From positions 1-24,252 of the forward strand of contig CBFFRP010000243.1 in the NCBI GenBank assembly GCA_965644295.1: DNA of 24,252 nucleotides, read 5' to 3'. The stretch is from Paraphysomonas bandaiensis. Its lineage: Eukaryota > Protista > Chrysophyceae. Position 1 is the first letter of the stretch. Every line of letters starts with the position of its first letter. Made by a program: the position numbers and the translations under genes. The notes under the pieces are model-generated. The model was not told the origin of the DNA. It ran no database searches and saw nothing but the letters and a program-made list of their open reading frames with translations. Positions 22,992 to 24,252 of this stretch are shown one piece after another.

Positions 22992-23863
22992 TCCGAACTA
23001 ATGTAGAAAAACAATTTAACTAACTAGTGTTTAACTCTGATATCTTACTATTTGGCGCTACGAAAGCTGCTAGTGCGTCACCGCGAGCACCATGGTGCAA
23101 CTACTTTTCGCTCTCTGTCCTTAAGGTGAACTAACCCGCATGCTAACTTCAGTAGGCAGCCCAATACCCCGGACTCCTTTGAGGTGGGCCCATTCCCGTA
23201 TGCCTGTTTATTCGTCAAGACCCAAAGAAGTCTACACAAGTGACACTTATTAACGTCCCTTGTACCACACAAGCATTAGGCTATGAGTGGATAGAACAAC
23301 ATCTGCTGACTAGATATGCGGCTGACATTAGTTTCCCGGAGATATAGCTCCGGTACTTATCTTCCAGAACACCACGAATTTTATATAGGGTATGGCGAGT
23401 CCGACTTTGTATGGGGTAGTTTGTCTAAACTATCTTATAACCTATCATTAAATTTTATATAATATTGTCTCTGACTGCAATATTATGCAAGTAACGGATA
23501 TAATTCAAAGCCTTAAAGTACATATATATTTTAATGACTCAAAGTCGCAATACTCAACACTTCTTCTCAATTCAGGCTGTAGATAGACTCTTCATCGCAT
23601 GAGACATAACTGACGCATACACAACCACCAAAAACCAAAGAGGACAACACCTCTTTGTGATGTTCTGGGGATAAATACTGGAGCTATTTCTTCGGAAACC
23701 TAAAGTGAGCCACATATATAGTATAGGCACATGCTTGCTCACTGCGTTTACTTTGAGTGATAGAGCGAAAGTGGTTGCACCTTGCAGCTTTCGTAGCGCT
23801 AAATAATAAGAGAGCATAGTAAAGACTAGCTGTTAGTTAAATTGTTTTCTCTATTAGTTCGGA
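22992..23863. mobile_element. Large degenerate inverted repeat (arms 22992-23378 and 23654-23863); foldback/long-TIR element relic or two opposed copies of one repeat
   Basis: Colinear matching blocks in reverse complement: TCCGAACTAAT, AAAACAATTTAACTAAC, GCGCTACGAAAGCTGC, GGTGCAAC, TTTCGCTCT, ATAGCTCC.GTA.TTATC, CCAGAACA. The right arm has internal deletions. Confidence 0.8.
23554..23647 (-). mobile_element. Second copy of the copia 3'UTR/PPT/LTR-junction fragment
   Basis: Aligns with 13436-13530 (about 15 differences in 95 nt by hand count); minus strand TTGAGAAGAAG-TGTTGA. Confidence 0.75.
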
Positions 23864-24252
23864 GATAATCAGAGAGTCACAATTACCCAACTAAACTTCA
23901 TTCCACCTATCAAACGCATACTAGTTGTAAGATACCAGATCATACATGATGCTTACTCTATACACAAGACATCACAGCATAATTAACCGATTACAACCAG
24001 CGTGGCACTCAAATATCTTTATAGATATAACATGTTTAAAATTACATACCGAAAACAGAACCCTAATATTCTGGTTATACATACAACCGCTACCCACAAC
24101 AAAGTCATGGTACAGCTAAAATCCCTAACAACAACTGCACTTTCCGCACACTTTGAACAGCAAACCACAGAAAAACTAAAAAAGCAAAACCAAACTACAT
24201 ATATTACGTCACCTAAGCAGACGTGATATACTATGGCAATCAGACAGACGTG

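Overview
Eukaryotic nuclear DNA with many short GT-AG introns, probably a stramenopile/heterokont protist (inferred from intron style, the ubiquitin variant [14 protein letters not shown] and gene content; not proven). Genes I can splice by hand, in order: a MATE transporter (-); head-to-head with it, a 12-exon gene fusing a 2OG-Fe(II) Asp/Asn beta-hydroxylase-like domain to a PAPS sulfotransferase (+); a twin-Cx9C COA4-like protein (-); a protein with two MAPR/cytochrome-b5-like domains (+); a PKG-like cNMP-dependent kinase (+); a hexameric polyubiquitin (+) facing an inverted single-ubiquitin copy (-); a FAM173-like SAM methyltransferase (+); a small orphan membrane protein (-); four tRNA-Val genes at about 150-bp spacing; and an HPAT/SGT1-like (GT95/GT96) glycosyltransferase (+). 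Intergenic DNA holds a (CATA)48 microsatellite, a 20-bp minisatellite, Ty1/copia relics (RNase H, PPT-LTR junctions, solo LTRs), a hAT-type MITE and a large degenerate inverted repeat. The best candidate for an undescribed system is the hydroxylase-sulfotransferase fusion divergently paired with the MATE exporter (hydroxylate, sulfate, export); that function is inference only. All alignments and splice models were done by eye.
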